From positions 1-64,000 of the forward strand of contig JBILLK010000001.1 in assembly GCA_044376115.1 (NCBI GenBank): a DNA stretch of 64,000 nt, written 5' to 3'. The notes beneath the pieces were generated by a model. It saw nothing but the letters and a program-made list of their open reading frames with translations, had not been told where the DNA came from and did not search any database. Position 1 is the stretch's first letter. Every line of letters begins with the position of its first letter. Both the position numbers and the translations under genes were made by a program. Shown here piece after piece: positions 1 to 8,124 of the stretch. This stretch comes from Polyangiaceae bacterium (lineage in GTDB: Bacteria > Myxococcota_A > Polyangia > Polyangiales > Polyangiaceae).

Positions 1-277
1 GGACGCACTCGACCCGAAGGTCGCTGAAGACACGGCGCAACGCCTGGCCCAACTCGCCCGTGATACGCCGGCAGGCCTCAGCGATCAGGTGGAGGTGCTC
101 GGCCCAACGCCCGCACCGCTAGCGCGGCTGCGCGGACGATTCCGCTTCCGTGTGCTGCTCCGAGCGACGGAGCGCGGTCCACTTCGGTCGGTGCTCGGAG
201 CGCTCGACCGTGCGCTCGGGGACTTCGACCGCAGGGTGCGCATCGTGCTGGACGTCGATCCCGTCGGTATGATGTGA
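1..277 (+). CDS. priA: Primosomal protein N' (PriA), C-terminal fragment (5' part outside window)
   Basis: The frame is open from the window start. VLGPTPAPLARLRGRFRFRVLL...DVDP is the typical PriA C-terminus. Confidence 0.85.
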   Translation, partial: DALDPKVAEDTAQRLAQLARDTPAGLSDQVEVLGPTPAPLARLRGRFRFRVLLRATERGPLRSVLGALDRALGDFDRRVRIVLDVDPVGMM

Positions 278-294
278 GCCGGAGGGAGCCGAGC

Positions 295-972
295 TCAGCT
301 TGGCTTCATCCGCGCGGGATCGATCTTCTTGTCCTTCTCGTTTGCTCCGAAGCTGATGGTGCTTAGATCGCCCGTGGCGTCTTCAATCTCGACGCTGGAA
401 ATGCCCCATTTCTCAGCGTTGCTGCGCATGGCGATCCTCTTGAGGTGTTTCTTCAGGTCATCGGCCTTGGGCAAGGCGACGAGCGAAATCGAACCGTCGG
501 AGTGAGAGCTCGCGCTGAGATCGTAGCGTGATGAGAGCGCCGCGACGTCTCCACCGAGAAAGGTCATCAAGTCGTCGAGCACAGCCGTGAAGCCGCCCTT
601 GCGAGGAACACTCGCCGGCTTACCCGACTTACCGGCACGATAGGAAACGCCGGATTTGTTCACCCAATAGACGATGTCATCGGGCGCGAAGAGCTCCCAG
701 CGCAGTTGCTCGGGTCTCACCAGGACCAGCTCCCCTTTGCTCTTCACCGGCTCGGCCAAGAGGCCGATGACCCGCGTCTGTTCAAAAGAGGCGGTCAGCG
801 TCTTGAGCGTACTGCGCGCCTTGGCCAGCTCCTTCAGCAAGTCCTCCGAGCCCGCCACCGCCGGTTGGGCAAGGAGCACCGCCGCTCCACCCAAGGCAAA
901 CATGAAGCTGCGGCGGCCGAGCGCTCGAGAAACCGTGCCAACGATTGGCTGAACACGCTGCGAGTACGACAT
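295..972 (-). CDS. LolA-family outer-membrane lipoprotein carrier-like protein
   Basis: Signal peptide with a twin-Arg-like RRSFM. The pattern TLTASFEQTR...SKGELVLVRPEQLRWE is typical of the LolA fold. Confidence 0.75.
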   Translation of the reverse strand: MSYSQRVQPIVGTVSRALGRRSFMFALGGAAVLLAQPAVAGSEDLLKELAKARSTLKTLTASFEQTRVIGLLAEPVKSKGELVLVRPEQLRWELFAPDDIVYWVNKSGVSYRAGKSGKPASVPRKGGFTAVLDDLMTFLGGDVAALSSRYDLSASSHSDGSISLVALPKADDLKKHLKRIAMRSNAEKWGISSVEIEDATGDLSTISFGANEKDKKIDPARMKPS

Positions 973-1006
973 GAGTTGGCTTTAGACGAGCTGCCGACGG
1001 AAATCT

Positions 1007-1513
1007 TCAGCGTCGCCGTTGAGCCCGAGTTGCGCCGCTGAGACTGGCAACCACGCTGCGCAGCGGCCGGCCTTCATCCCCGCGCGGCTGATGCGCCGCC
1101 GAGAGATCTTTGAGACGCCGAACAAACGCCAACATCTCCTTGTGTGGCAGCGGAAAAGGGACCGCTGCGCGTTCACAGAAGAAGGTTCGACAGCCGAACG
1201 GCCTGGCGGCGTAAACCGTACAGCGAGCGTCGGCACCCAAAAACGGGCACAAGCCTTCATCAGCAACTGCTGGAAACATTGGCAACGACAGTGGGGCCGG
1301 TCGCTCACGCTTTGCGGTTTGGCCAGCCTTCTTCGCCTTGGCCAAGGCAGCGACCTCGAGGCTGGTCACGTAGGGCTCGCGGCGCGTTCGGCCGAAGCGA
1401 CAACATTCAGAGCTCGCTGGGCAGGTGGCTTCGCTCAGCCGCCCATCCACCTCAGCGTAAAGAGCGAATAGCTCGCTCAGCAGTTGCTGCTCAGAGCGCT
1501 CATTCGACGCCAT
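1007..1513 (-). CDS. YkgJ-family (CxxCxxCC-type) cysteine cluster protein
   Basis: Contains CPASSECC and CPFL...CTVYAARPFGCRTFFC. The ATG at 1513 overlaps the upstream gene end; 1561 is an alternative start. Confidence 0.8.
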   Translation of the reverse strand: MASNERSEQQLLSELFALYAEVDGRLSEATCPASSECCRFGRTRREPYVTSLEVAALAKAKKAGQTAKRERPAPLSLPMFPAVADEGLCPFLGADARCTVYAARPFGCRTFFCERAAVPFPLPHKEMLAFVRRLKDLSAAHQPRGDEGRPLRSVVASLSGATRAQRRR

Positions 1514-2963
1514 GGTGCTTTGCGCCTGCTTCGAGCCACTGCTGATAGGTACCGTCGACATAGGCGGGATCGGCTGGCAGCGCCACCAACGGCTCGTCTT
1601 GCGTTGGCTCGTACTCCGAACCGAGCAAGCGCACCAAGTCGAACTTCAAGAAGCGCCCGAGCAGGTGGGGTCCTTCGCTCACCCAAATCACCTTGTCGGT
1701 CGAATCCATCACCACGGCGTGTGTTGCGATCGCCGCATCGAGCGAGGTTCGATCACCGAAAAGGAGCTCCTTGCCCCCTACCCCCTTTTTGTCACGGAGG
1801 ATCTCCACGGCCCGCGCAACGTCGATCGGAACGTCGTTCGCGAGCAGCTCGTCGAGCCGCGCCCGACGCGCCAACGTCGAAGTGGACTCACGCACCCGTT
1901 GATTCTTTGGATCGCTCTCGAGCGGCCCTTCAAAGTGGTTGGTGAGGCCGAGCTTGGTGCCCTCGAGTCGCCTGACGAAGGGGCGCTCCTTGGGAGCTCG
2001 CTCCACGACCACGGCGTTGCCCTTCGCGTCGGACAACATCAGGATGTGCGACACCATCGCTTCACGCTGCTCCAAGAGCGCGATCGCCTCGTTCACATCG
2101 TGCGCCTCGGAGAGCAGCGCGCGCGTGGTGTGTACCACCGGCTCGCCCTCCGCCTGCGTAGCGCGCGCGCGACCACCGTGAACAACGACGCTCAGACCGT
2201 CGGCGTTCATCCCGGAGAGCACTCCGACCAGGCCGGGCCAAGCGACCGAGGCAAACGGGATCTTGCCGTCCTCGCGGATCAGAAAGACGACCTTGCCTTC
2301 GTCGTAGACGCTGCCAGCTTCAAAGTCGAAGTTGCGCGCAAGCAGGGTGTGGCCGTTGCTCGTACCAGCGCCGGTCGCGGCGAAGCTCGTGCAGCCCATC
2401 ATCGGCGAATGTTCGAAGCCGAGCGCGATGTCGTACAGGGAGTTGAGGTAGACCAGCCGTTGAAAGGTCGGAAATCGATCGGCGAATGGGTCGGGCTGGA
2501 AGGCCGCTGCCTGCGCAGCGATCTCGCGAAGGCGGTCTCCGCTCATCGAGCGATCAGCGCCTGCGTGAATGACCCGAGCTACATCGAAGATCAACCATTG
2601 GAACGGCTTCCACGGCACCAGACCGTCGAGTGTGGAGTACAGCTGGCCCTCCGACGCGACCATCTCATCGAACAACAGCCGGGAGTGGCTATGACCGATC
2701 TCTTCGGGGCTGCCGACGAGCCGCACCTCGAGCACGTTGCCGCGCGCACGCACATAGGAACGGCCGAGCCGCCTTTGCTCCCCCTCCTTACTCACCGCGC
2801 CGAGATTGGGCTCCGCGAACGTTGGCGGCGACATGCGCGTCCACAAAACGATCACGAAGTGCGTGATCACTGGCAGCAGGAAAAGCACGCCGAGCGCGAT
2901 TAGCTTCTTACGATGCCGGCGATGAAACGGTGCGGCTGGTTTTGCTACCGGCGCCTCAGCCAT
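1500..2963 (-). CDS. C45-family autoproteolytic acyltransferase/hydrolase (Ntn hydrolase), membrane anchored
   Basis: Has the G|CTSF autoproteolysis nucleophile, LLARNFDF, SGMN and TNHF, plus an N-terminal TM helix. The ATG at 2963 overlaps the GT2 stop. Confidence 0.85.
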   Translation of the reverse strand: MAEAPVAKPAAPFHRRHRKKLIALGVLFLLPVITHFVIVLWTRMSPPTFAEPNLGAVSKEGEQRRLGRSYVRARGNVLEVRLVGSPEEIGHSHSRLLFDEMVASEGQLYSTLDGLVPWKPFQWLIFDVARVIHAGADRSMSGDRLREIAAQAAAFQPDPFADRFPTFQRLVYLNSLYDIALGFEHSPMMGCTSFAATGAGTSNGHTLLARNFDFEAGSVYDEGKVVFLIREDGKIPFASVAWPGLVGVLSGMNADGLSVVVHGGRARATQAEGEPVVHTTRALLSEAHDVNEAIALLEQREAMVSHILMLSDAKGNAVVVERAPKERPFVRRLEGTKLGLTNHFEGPLESDPKNQRVRESTSTLARRARLDELLANDVPIDVARAVEILRDKKGVGGKELLFGDRTSLDAAIATHAVVMDSTDKVIWVSEGPHLLGRFLKFDLVRLLGSEYEPTQDEPLVALPADPAYVDGTYQQWLEAGAKHHGVE

Positions 2964-3696
2964 CCGCGTGCCCTTGCCGATGGAGGATCGGCCGCGCATC
3001 TCCTGAAGGCCTACTGATCATGTGCGTCTTGCGCAGGGTGGAGAGCACGCGACGAATGACCCGCATGGGGTCCTTCACGCTGTCGAAGTGCGTCGTCCGA
3101 TCGTGCGGATAGAGCACCTCGATCGGCAGCTCGTTGATCGGGATTCTTGCGGCTACCGCGAGCAAGATCACCTCCGCCTCGAACGCGTACCCCATGTCTT
3201 GACCACCGAGTTCGAGCACGGCGGGAAGCGGATACCGACGCAGACCGCACTGCGTGTCGCGCAGCAAACGGCGGGAAAAGAGCGAAAGGAAGCTGTTCGA
3301 AATCTGGTTGGAGATCTGGTTGGGCCGCGGCGCGCCGGCTCCACGCAGATCCCGGATGCCGAGCACGAGGCTGTCTCGACCAAGCTCACTCTGCGCGAGG
3401 CGCAGGGCTTCCGCTGGTGGGTGCTGCCCATCCGCATCCAGCGTTACACACGCGTCGTGGCCGTCTTCCCAGGCACGTAGAAAGCCGGTTCGCAGCGCAG
3501 CTCCCTTACCGCGATTGTGCGGGTGTGAGAGGCACACGGCACCAGCGTTCTCCGCCAAGGTCTGTGTCTTGTCGCGACTTCCGTCGTCGACCACGTAGAC
3601 GGTACCAAGGCCGCGAAACCGTTCCACAGTCTCACGAACCACGCGCTCGATGGTGTTCTCCGCATCGAAGGCCGGGATGATGGCCGCCGTTTTCAC
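2956..3696 (-). CDS. Glycosyltransferase family 2 (polyprenol-phosphate glycosyltransferase-like)
   Basis: Motifs IIPAFD, VVDDGSRD, NRGKGAALRTG, DADGQH and DTQCG. Confidence 0.9.
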   Translation of the reverse strand: MKTAAIIPAFDAENTIERVVRETVERFRGLGTVYVVDDGSRDKTQTLAENAGAVCLSHPHNRGKGAALRTGFLRAWEDGHDACVTLDADGQHPPAEALRLAQSELGRDSLVLGIRDLRGAGAPRPNQISNQISNSFLSLFSRRLLRDTQCGLRRYPLPAVLELGGQDMGYAFEAEVILLAVAARIPINELPIEVLYPHDRTTHFDSVKDPMRVIRRVLSTLRKTHMISRPSGDARPILHRQGHADG

Positions 3697-3851
3697 ACCA
3701 CCGCTCTACCACAGCGGCGCTGGGGTGGAGTCACCGAGCAGGCGTTTGACGCGATGGCCTGTGTCCGGCTTGTCACGGAACTGAGCCTCCAGTTCGGCGC
3801 GAATGCTCGGCGTGCGTTGCGGCGGGCGCCACGACTGGACTAAGGGAGCCC

Positions 3852-4472
3852 ATGTTCAAACAGTTCTCGATGTTCGTTGCTGCCGTTTCGCTGCTTGGTG
3901 CTTGTGGTTCGGATGCTGCCGGTGGAGCAGGCTCTGGTTCGGCCAAGGCCAGCGGCTCGGCTGCCGCAAAGACCTCCGCCGCACCGGCCAAGTCAGCTGC
4001 GCCGACAGCCACCGCGACCAGCGTCGCCGATGCACCGAAGGCCGAGATGGTCGAGAAAGAGCTCGACAAAGTTGCAGCCTTCAAAGGTTGGGTAGCCAAA
4101 GGCCCGGCCGACGCAGACGTTATGGAAGATCTCGGTGGCGTCCGCATCGCTACCAAAAAGGTCATGGGGCCGGGCTCGTTCGACCTCGCGTTCAAACTGG
4201 GCAAAGGCGACTTCAAGCCGTTCAAAGACGGTTTGGTGAAGGGTGCTGAGATCACCAAGTCGAAGATCACCTTCATCTCCGACACCCCGGAGTCCTTGGA
4301 GTGGACGAGCGAGGCCGGCACGAGCAAGACCTACAGCTTCCGCCTCTCTCTCAAGGCTGGCAAAGACGAGTACACCTGTTACACCGTCTCGCCGCGTGAG
4401 AGCGAAGCCGAGTACAAGGCGCACAAAGAAGCGTGTTCGACCTTGATGAAGAAGGCTGAAGCGAAGAAGTAG
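3852..4472 (+). CDS. Hypothetical lipoprotein
   Basis: A GGAG RBS precedes the ATG. It has a lipobox LLGAC, an Ala/Ser/Thr-rich linker and a Lys-rich globular C-terminus. Confidence 0.7.
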   Translation: MFKQFSMFVAAVSLLGACGSDAAGGAGSGSAKASGSAAAKTSAAPAKSAAPTATATSVADAPKAEMVEKELDKVAAFKGWVAKGPADADVMEDLGGVRIATKKVMGPGSFDLAFKLGKGDFKPFKDGLVKGAEITKSKITFISDTPESLEWTSEAGTSKTYSFRLSLKAGKDEYTCYTVSPRESEAEYKAHKEACSTLMKKAEAKK

Positions 4473-4510
4473 TCGCTTTGGTCGTGGCTGGGGCGCTGCG
4501 TCGCAGCGCT

Positions 4511-4903
4511 TCAGCGCTTCGGCGGCATACCGTATTTCATCCGCGGACGATCATCCTCCGGAGCGACGGCCGGAGCCACCGCAGCAGCAGAGGCGCTGGC
4601 ACTGGCCGATACTGAGGCACTCGCGGACGTAGGCGCGCTGGTGACAGGGGTAGGCGCCGTCGCCGGAGCTTGAGCGCTCGCGCTGTTAGTGGCAGAGCCG
4701 CTGGGCTTTGCCGAAGTTGCAGGCTTGTCCGTCGACGCAGCCGGCGTTGCTTCACCGCAACCGGTCACGCTTAGCGCCAAGGCAACGGCGAGCCCTGCGG
4801 CTAACGGATGGCTAGGACCGAGCGCGGCTGAACAAAACGGGCACTCGGACTCGGCTGTGCGGACGTGACGGGCACAGCTCGGGCAAGGCGCAAGACGGCT
4901 CAT
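4511..4903 (-). CDS. Zn-ribbon lipoprotein-like precursor with C-terminal YG motif (putative radical SAM substrate)
   Basis: N-terminal CPSC-x10-CPFC, then a hydrophobic stretch with a VTGC lipobox, an S/A/T/P linker and the C-terminus RPRMKYGMPPKR. It has an ATGA overlap with the radical SAM stop. Confidence 0.75.
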   Translation of the reverse strand: MSRLAPCPSCARHVRTAESECPFCSAALGPSHPLAAGLAVALALSVTGCGEATPAASTDKPATSAKPSGSATNSASAQAPATAPTPVTSAPTSASASVSASASASAAAVAPAVAPEDDRPRMKYGMPPKR

Positions 4904-6231
4904 GGGGCTACCGTAGCCGGCTCTGGGTTGACGAGCCAGGGTTCTGCACCAGCAACCACGCGCTCGGCGCGAGCGAGCTCGCTCGCCGGCCAGTCCTCTA
5001 GCACGATCTCAAAGCGCCCATAGTCAAACGGGTGCCCCGGAGCTTGCTCGACCTGCACGACGCGCTCGCGCTTCCCGAGCTTCAAGAGTTCGAGCGTTCG
5101 ATGGTGACAATAGGGATTGTTGCCGCGCCTTCCGAGCAGCACGTGCGACGTCCACGAGCAGCCAGCCATACAATCCTCAGCGTAGTAGCAGCTCTTGCAG
5201 AAGCCCCAGAGTTCGTCCGTCGTGCGGTCACGGGTGAAGCGCAGCGGCTGCGTCTGCTCCCAGATTTGCTGCAAGCTCAGGTCACGCAAGTTGCCACCGA
5301 CATAGTCCGCTGTGGGCAGCGAGGGACAGCCCTTCACATCTCCGTTGGCCTCGATGCCAAGGCCCGAAGAGCCGGCGCCGCAAGAAAGATGATGGCCTGC
5401 CGACGAGCCCTCGTAGAGCTCCTTTTCGTAGGGGCCGAAGTAGCCGACGTTGTTGCCCGACCAAAGCCGTACGCCTACTTCGTCGGCCCGGCGCTTGAGC
5501 GAGGCCACCATCGGCATGGCCTCGAGCAACTGATAGGGCTCGAGCAACATGGAGGCGTTATCCGCGGCGCGCGCCATCGCCACGGTGAATTGCACCTGCC
5601 AAGCGTGGATCCCCGTAGGGATGAGCGATTCGAACAGCGTTGGGATCTCGTGCAAGTTCCAGCGATTGAGCTGCGTGTTGCACGAGCGGCTCAGCCCCAC
5701 CGCCTCCAAATGGGAGAGCGCCTCCATCGCGGCCGCGTGACTGCCACGCACGCCGCGCAAGCGATCGTGAGTCGCCTCGAGCCCGTCCACCGAGACACTC
5801 ACCGCAGTCACGCCTGCGTCTTTCGCCGCTTGTGAACGAGCCCGATCGAAGCCGCGCCCGCCCGTAACGATGCCGCAGGAGAGCCCGCGGTCTCGCACAC
5901 GCCGAACGATCGTCTCCCAGTCCTCGCGCAGATAGACCTCACCGCCAATCAGGCTGACTTCGCGAACGCCCAGCGCTGCTAGTTGGTCCACCAGCGAAAG
6001 CGCCTCGTCGGTCGAGAGCTCATCAGGGCGACCTTTGCCCGCGCGCGATCCACAATGTTTGCACGCGAGGTCACAGCGCAGCGTCACCTCCCACACCGCG
6101 TAGACAGGGCGCTTGGCCTGGTCCACGGGCCGCACCGGCGCGAGCACTGGCAAACGCCGAACCGAAGCGCCGTCGGCCCGGGTCGCCCAAGGTTTGTCGG
6201 AGGAAACAACGGACAAGCGACGACGCTGCAC
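4900..6231 (-). CDS. Radical SAM/SPASM peptide maturase, splicease (PlpX / GDL-associated)-like
   Basis: Has VWEVTLRCDLACKHCGSRAG, WQVQFTVAM and GNNVGYFGPYE. The SPASM Cys motifs are CGAG, GCPSL, CKSCYYAEDCMAGC and NNPYC. GTG start. Confidence 0.88.
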   Translation of the reverse strand: MQRRRLSVVSSDKPWATRADGASVRRLPVLAPVRPVDQAKRPVYAVWEVTLRCDLACKHCGSRAGKGRPDELSTDEALSLVDQLAALGVREVSLIGGEVYLREDWETIVRRVRDRGLSCGIVTGGRGFDRARSQAAKDAGVTAVSVSVDGLEATHDRLRGVRGSHAAAMEALSHLEAVGLSRSCNTQLNRWNLHEIPTLFESLIPTGIHAWQVQFTVAMARAADNASMLLEPYQLLEAMPMVASLKRRADEVGVRLWSGNNVGYFGPYEKELYEGSSAGHHLSCGAGSSGLGIEANGDVKGCPSLPTADYVGGNLRDLSLQQIWEQTQPLRFTRDRTTDELWGFCKSCYYAEDCMAGCSWTSHVLLGRRGNNPYCHHRTLELLKLGKRERVVQVEQAPGHPFDYGRFEIVLEDWPASELARAERVVAGAEPWLVNPEPATVAP

Positions 6232-6256
6232 AACCCGATGCTACGCTGCGCGGGCC

Positions 6257-6886
6257 TTGATTGACGAACCCGAATCGGAGAACCAACCGCTCGACTCCGA
6301 AACCACCGCCATCCTCGCCGAGCGCGCCAAACGTGAGCTGCGCAAACGGGCACGTGGCGTGCGCGCCGGAATTCCGAAGGCAGCCTTGCAAGAACGTTCG
6401 CTGGCGTTGGTCGCGAAACTGCGAGAGTTGCCCAGCCTCAAAGAGGCCAAGCGTGTGGCGCTCTTTCATCCGATCGAGGAGAAGCGCGAAGTGGACCTGC
6501 GAACGCTCGACGTCGAATTGCGCGCGCGTGGCGTGAGCGTTTGCTATCCCGCCTTCGACGCAGAGCGCAACATGTCCTTCAAAGATCCGGGCTCGCTCGA
6601 GTCACTTGTCGACCTAGGGAACGGCTTTCTCGAGCCGATTGAGAGCTTGCCCGCGGCTGACGCGTTGGACGTGATCGTGGTGCCAGCACTGCTGGTCGAC
6701 CCACGCGGGTATCGTCTCGGCTACGGCGGTGGCTTCTATGATCGAACGTTGCCGAGCTACTGCCCACCCGCCTTGGCCGTCTGCGTCGTGTACGACTTTC
6801 AGCTCGCCGCCGAATTGCCGATCTCTGCGCGCGACGTGAAGGTCGGGTTGGTCGTCACCGACCGTCGGGTGCTTCCAGTCGAGTGA
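6257..6886 (+). CDS. ygfA: 5-formyltetrahydrofolate cyclo-ligase
   Basis: Contains AKRELRK and DVIVVPALLVDPRGYRLGYGGGFYDR. The TTG at 6257 was chosen because earlier starts overlap the radical SAM gene. Confidence 0.88.
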   Translation: MIDEPESENQPLDSETTAILAERAKRELRKRARGVRAGIPKAALQERSLALVAKLRELPSLKEAKRVALFHPIEEKREVDLRTLDVELRARGVSVCYPAFDAERNMSFKDPGSLESLVDLGNGFLEPIESLPAADALDVIVVPALLVDPRGYRLGYGGGFYDRTLPSYCPPALAVCVVYDFQLAAELPISARDVKVGLVVTDRRVLPVE

Positions 6887-6950
6887 TGCCACCAAGGGCA
6901 CGCGGTAGCGCGTGCTTGAGATTCGGCGCGCGGTTTGCGAAGCTCAACGC

Positions 6951-7127
6951 ATGCCTACGTGCGCTGTGTGCAAAGACGAAGTAGATGAAGTCGTAACGGC
7001 CATGATCGGCGGCAAGCGCAAGAAGGTTTGTGAAGACTGCGGCGATCGAGCCAAAGAGAGCGAGGCCATCGCGCAGGAAAGTGAGTCGGTCGTACAAAAC
7101 ATGATGGGCTTCAAAGGCCGCCGCTGA
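6951..7127 (+). CDS. Small CxxC...CxxC zinc-finger protein (58 aa)
   Basis: MPTCAVC...VCEDC followed by a helical tail. It fills the gap between two + strand genes. Confidence 0.7.
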   Translation: MPTCAVCKDEVDEVVTAMIGGKRKKVCEDCGDRAKESEAIAQESESVVQNMMGFKGRR

Positions 7128-7170
7128 GAAGTTTGATGGCCTAAGGCATGGCTCAAGTAGACTGCGCGCC

Positions 7171-8100
7171 ATGCCGCGAATCCGCACCGCTCTCAGTGAA
7201 CGTCTCGGGCTCAAGTACCCCATCGTCTGCGCGCCGATGTTCATCATCTCCAACAAGGAGATGATCGTAGCGGCGGCCGAGGCTGGCATCTTGGGCTCAA
7301 TGCCTTCACTCAACCTGCGCACCCGGGAAGAGTTCCGCGACGCGCTCTCGTGGATTCGCGCCCGTACCGACAAGCCGTTTGGCATCAATCTGACGATCAA
7401 GCTGACCGACCCTGAGCGGCTCGTGCACGATCTCGAGACGTGCCTCGAGTTCAAGGTGCCGGTGATCATCACCAGCTACGGCAACCCAAGTGAGTTGGCG
7501 CGGCGCGCGCACGACGCTGGCGCCATCGTTTTCCACGACGTCATTCACCTGAAGCACGCACTCAAGGCGCAAGAATCAGGCGCGGACGGCATCATTGGCG
7601 TCTCGGCGGGCGCGGGTGGGCACGCTGGAACCACGAGCCCCTTCGTGCTCTACCCCTACTTGCGGGAGAACCTCAAGGTGCCGGTGATCGCAGCGGGCTG
7701 CATCGCGACGGGCCGGCAGATGGCCTCGGCGCTCTCTCTCGGAGCCGAGCTGGTTTACATGGGGACGCGCTTCATCGCGTCCACCGAGTGCGGCGCAGAG
7801 GACGCCTATAAGCAGCGTGTGATCAACGGCTCTCCGGAGGAGATTCTGTACACCGACGCTGTGTCGGGAATTCACGCAAATTTTTTGAAAGACACCGTGC
7901 CAGGCTTCGAGAAGCAGGACGCGAACGCCGCGCAGAAAGCGATTCAAAGCGAGGGCAGCGGAAAGAAGTGGAAAGACATTTGGAGCGCTGGACAAGGCAT
8001 CGCGCTGGCCAAAGAGATCAAGCCGATCGGGCAGATCGTTGACGACATCGTGCGCGAGTACGTTGACGCAAGAGCAAGTCTGCCAGCGCTCGAAGAGTGA
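7171..8100 (+). CDS. Nitronate monooxygenase / FabK-like FMN-dependent oxidoreductase
   Basis: Motifs YPIVCAPM, PFGINL, AGGHAG, PVIAAGCI, MGTRFIA and WSAGQG. Confidence 0.88.
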   Translation: MPRIRTALSERLGLKYPIVCAPMFIISNKEMIVAAAEAGILGSMPSLNLRTREEFRDALSWIRARTDKPFGINLTIKLTDPERLVHDLETCLEFKVPVIITSYGNPSELARRAHDAGAIVFHDVIHLKHALKAQESGADGIIGVSAGAGGHAGTTSPFVLYPYLRENLKVPVIAAGCIATGRQMASALSLGAELVYMGTRFIASTECGAEDAYKQRVINGSPEEILYTDAVSGIHANFLKDTVPGFEKQDANAAQKAIQSEGSGKKWKDIWSAGQGIALAKEIKPIGQIVDDIVREYVDARASLPALEE

Positions 8101-8124
8101 GCAGCGCCAAGCTGAGAATGCTGG

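Noticed and set aside
1512..2903. 463-aa plus-strand ORF (and similar long ORFs, e.g. 11151-11999, 14427-15311)
   Set aside because: These lie antisense to genes with clear motifs. Long shadow ORFs are expected in GC-rich DNA with biased codon use.
4493..4509. GC hairpin between convergent genes as a terminator
   Set aside because: The stem is short (7 bp) and there is no U-tract, so it is too weak to call.
6232..6256. 6S RNA (ssrS), often found upstream of ygfA
   Set aside because: Only about 25 bp separate ygfA from the divergent radical SAM gene, so there is no room.
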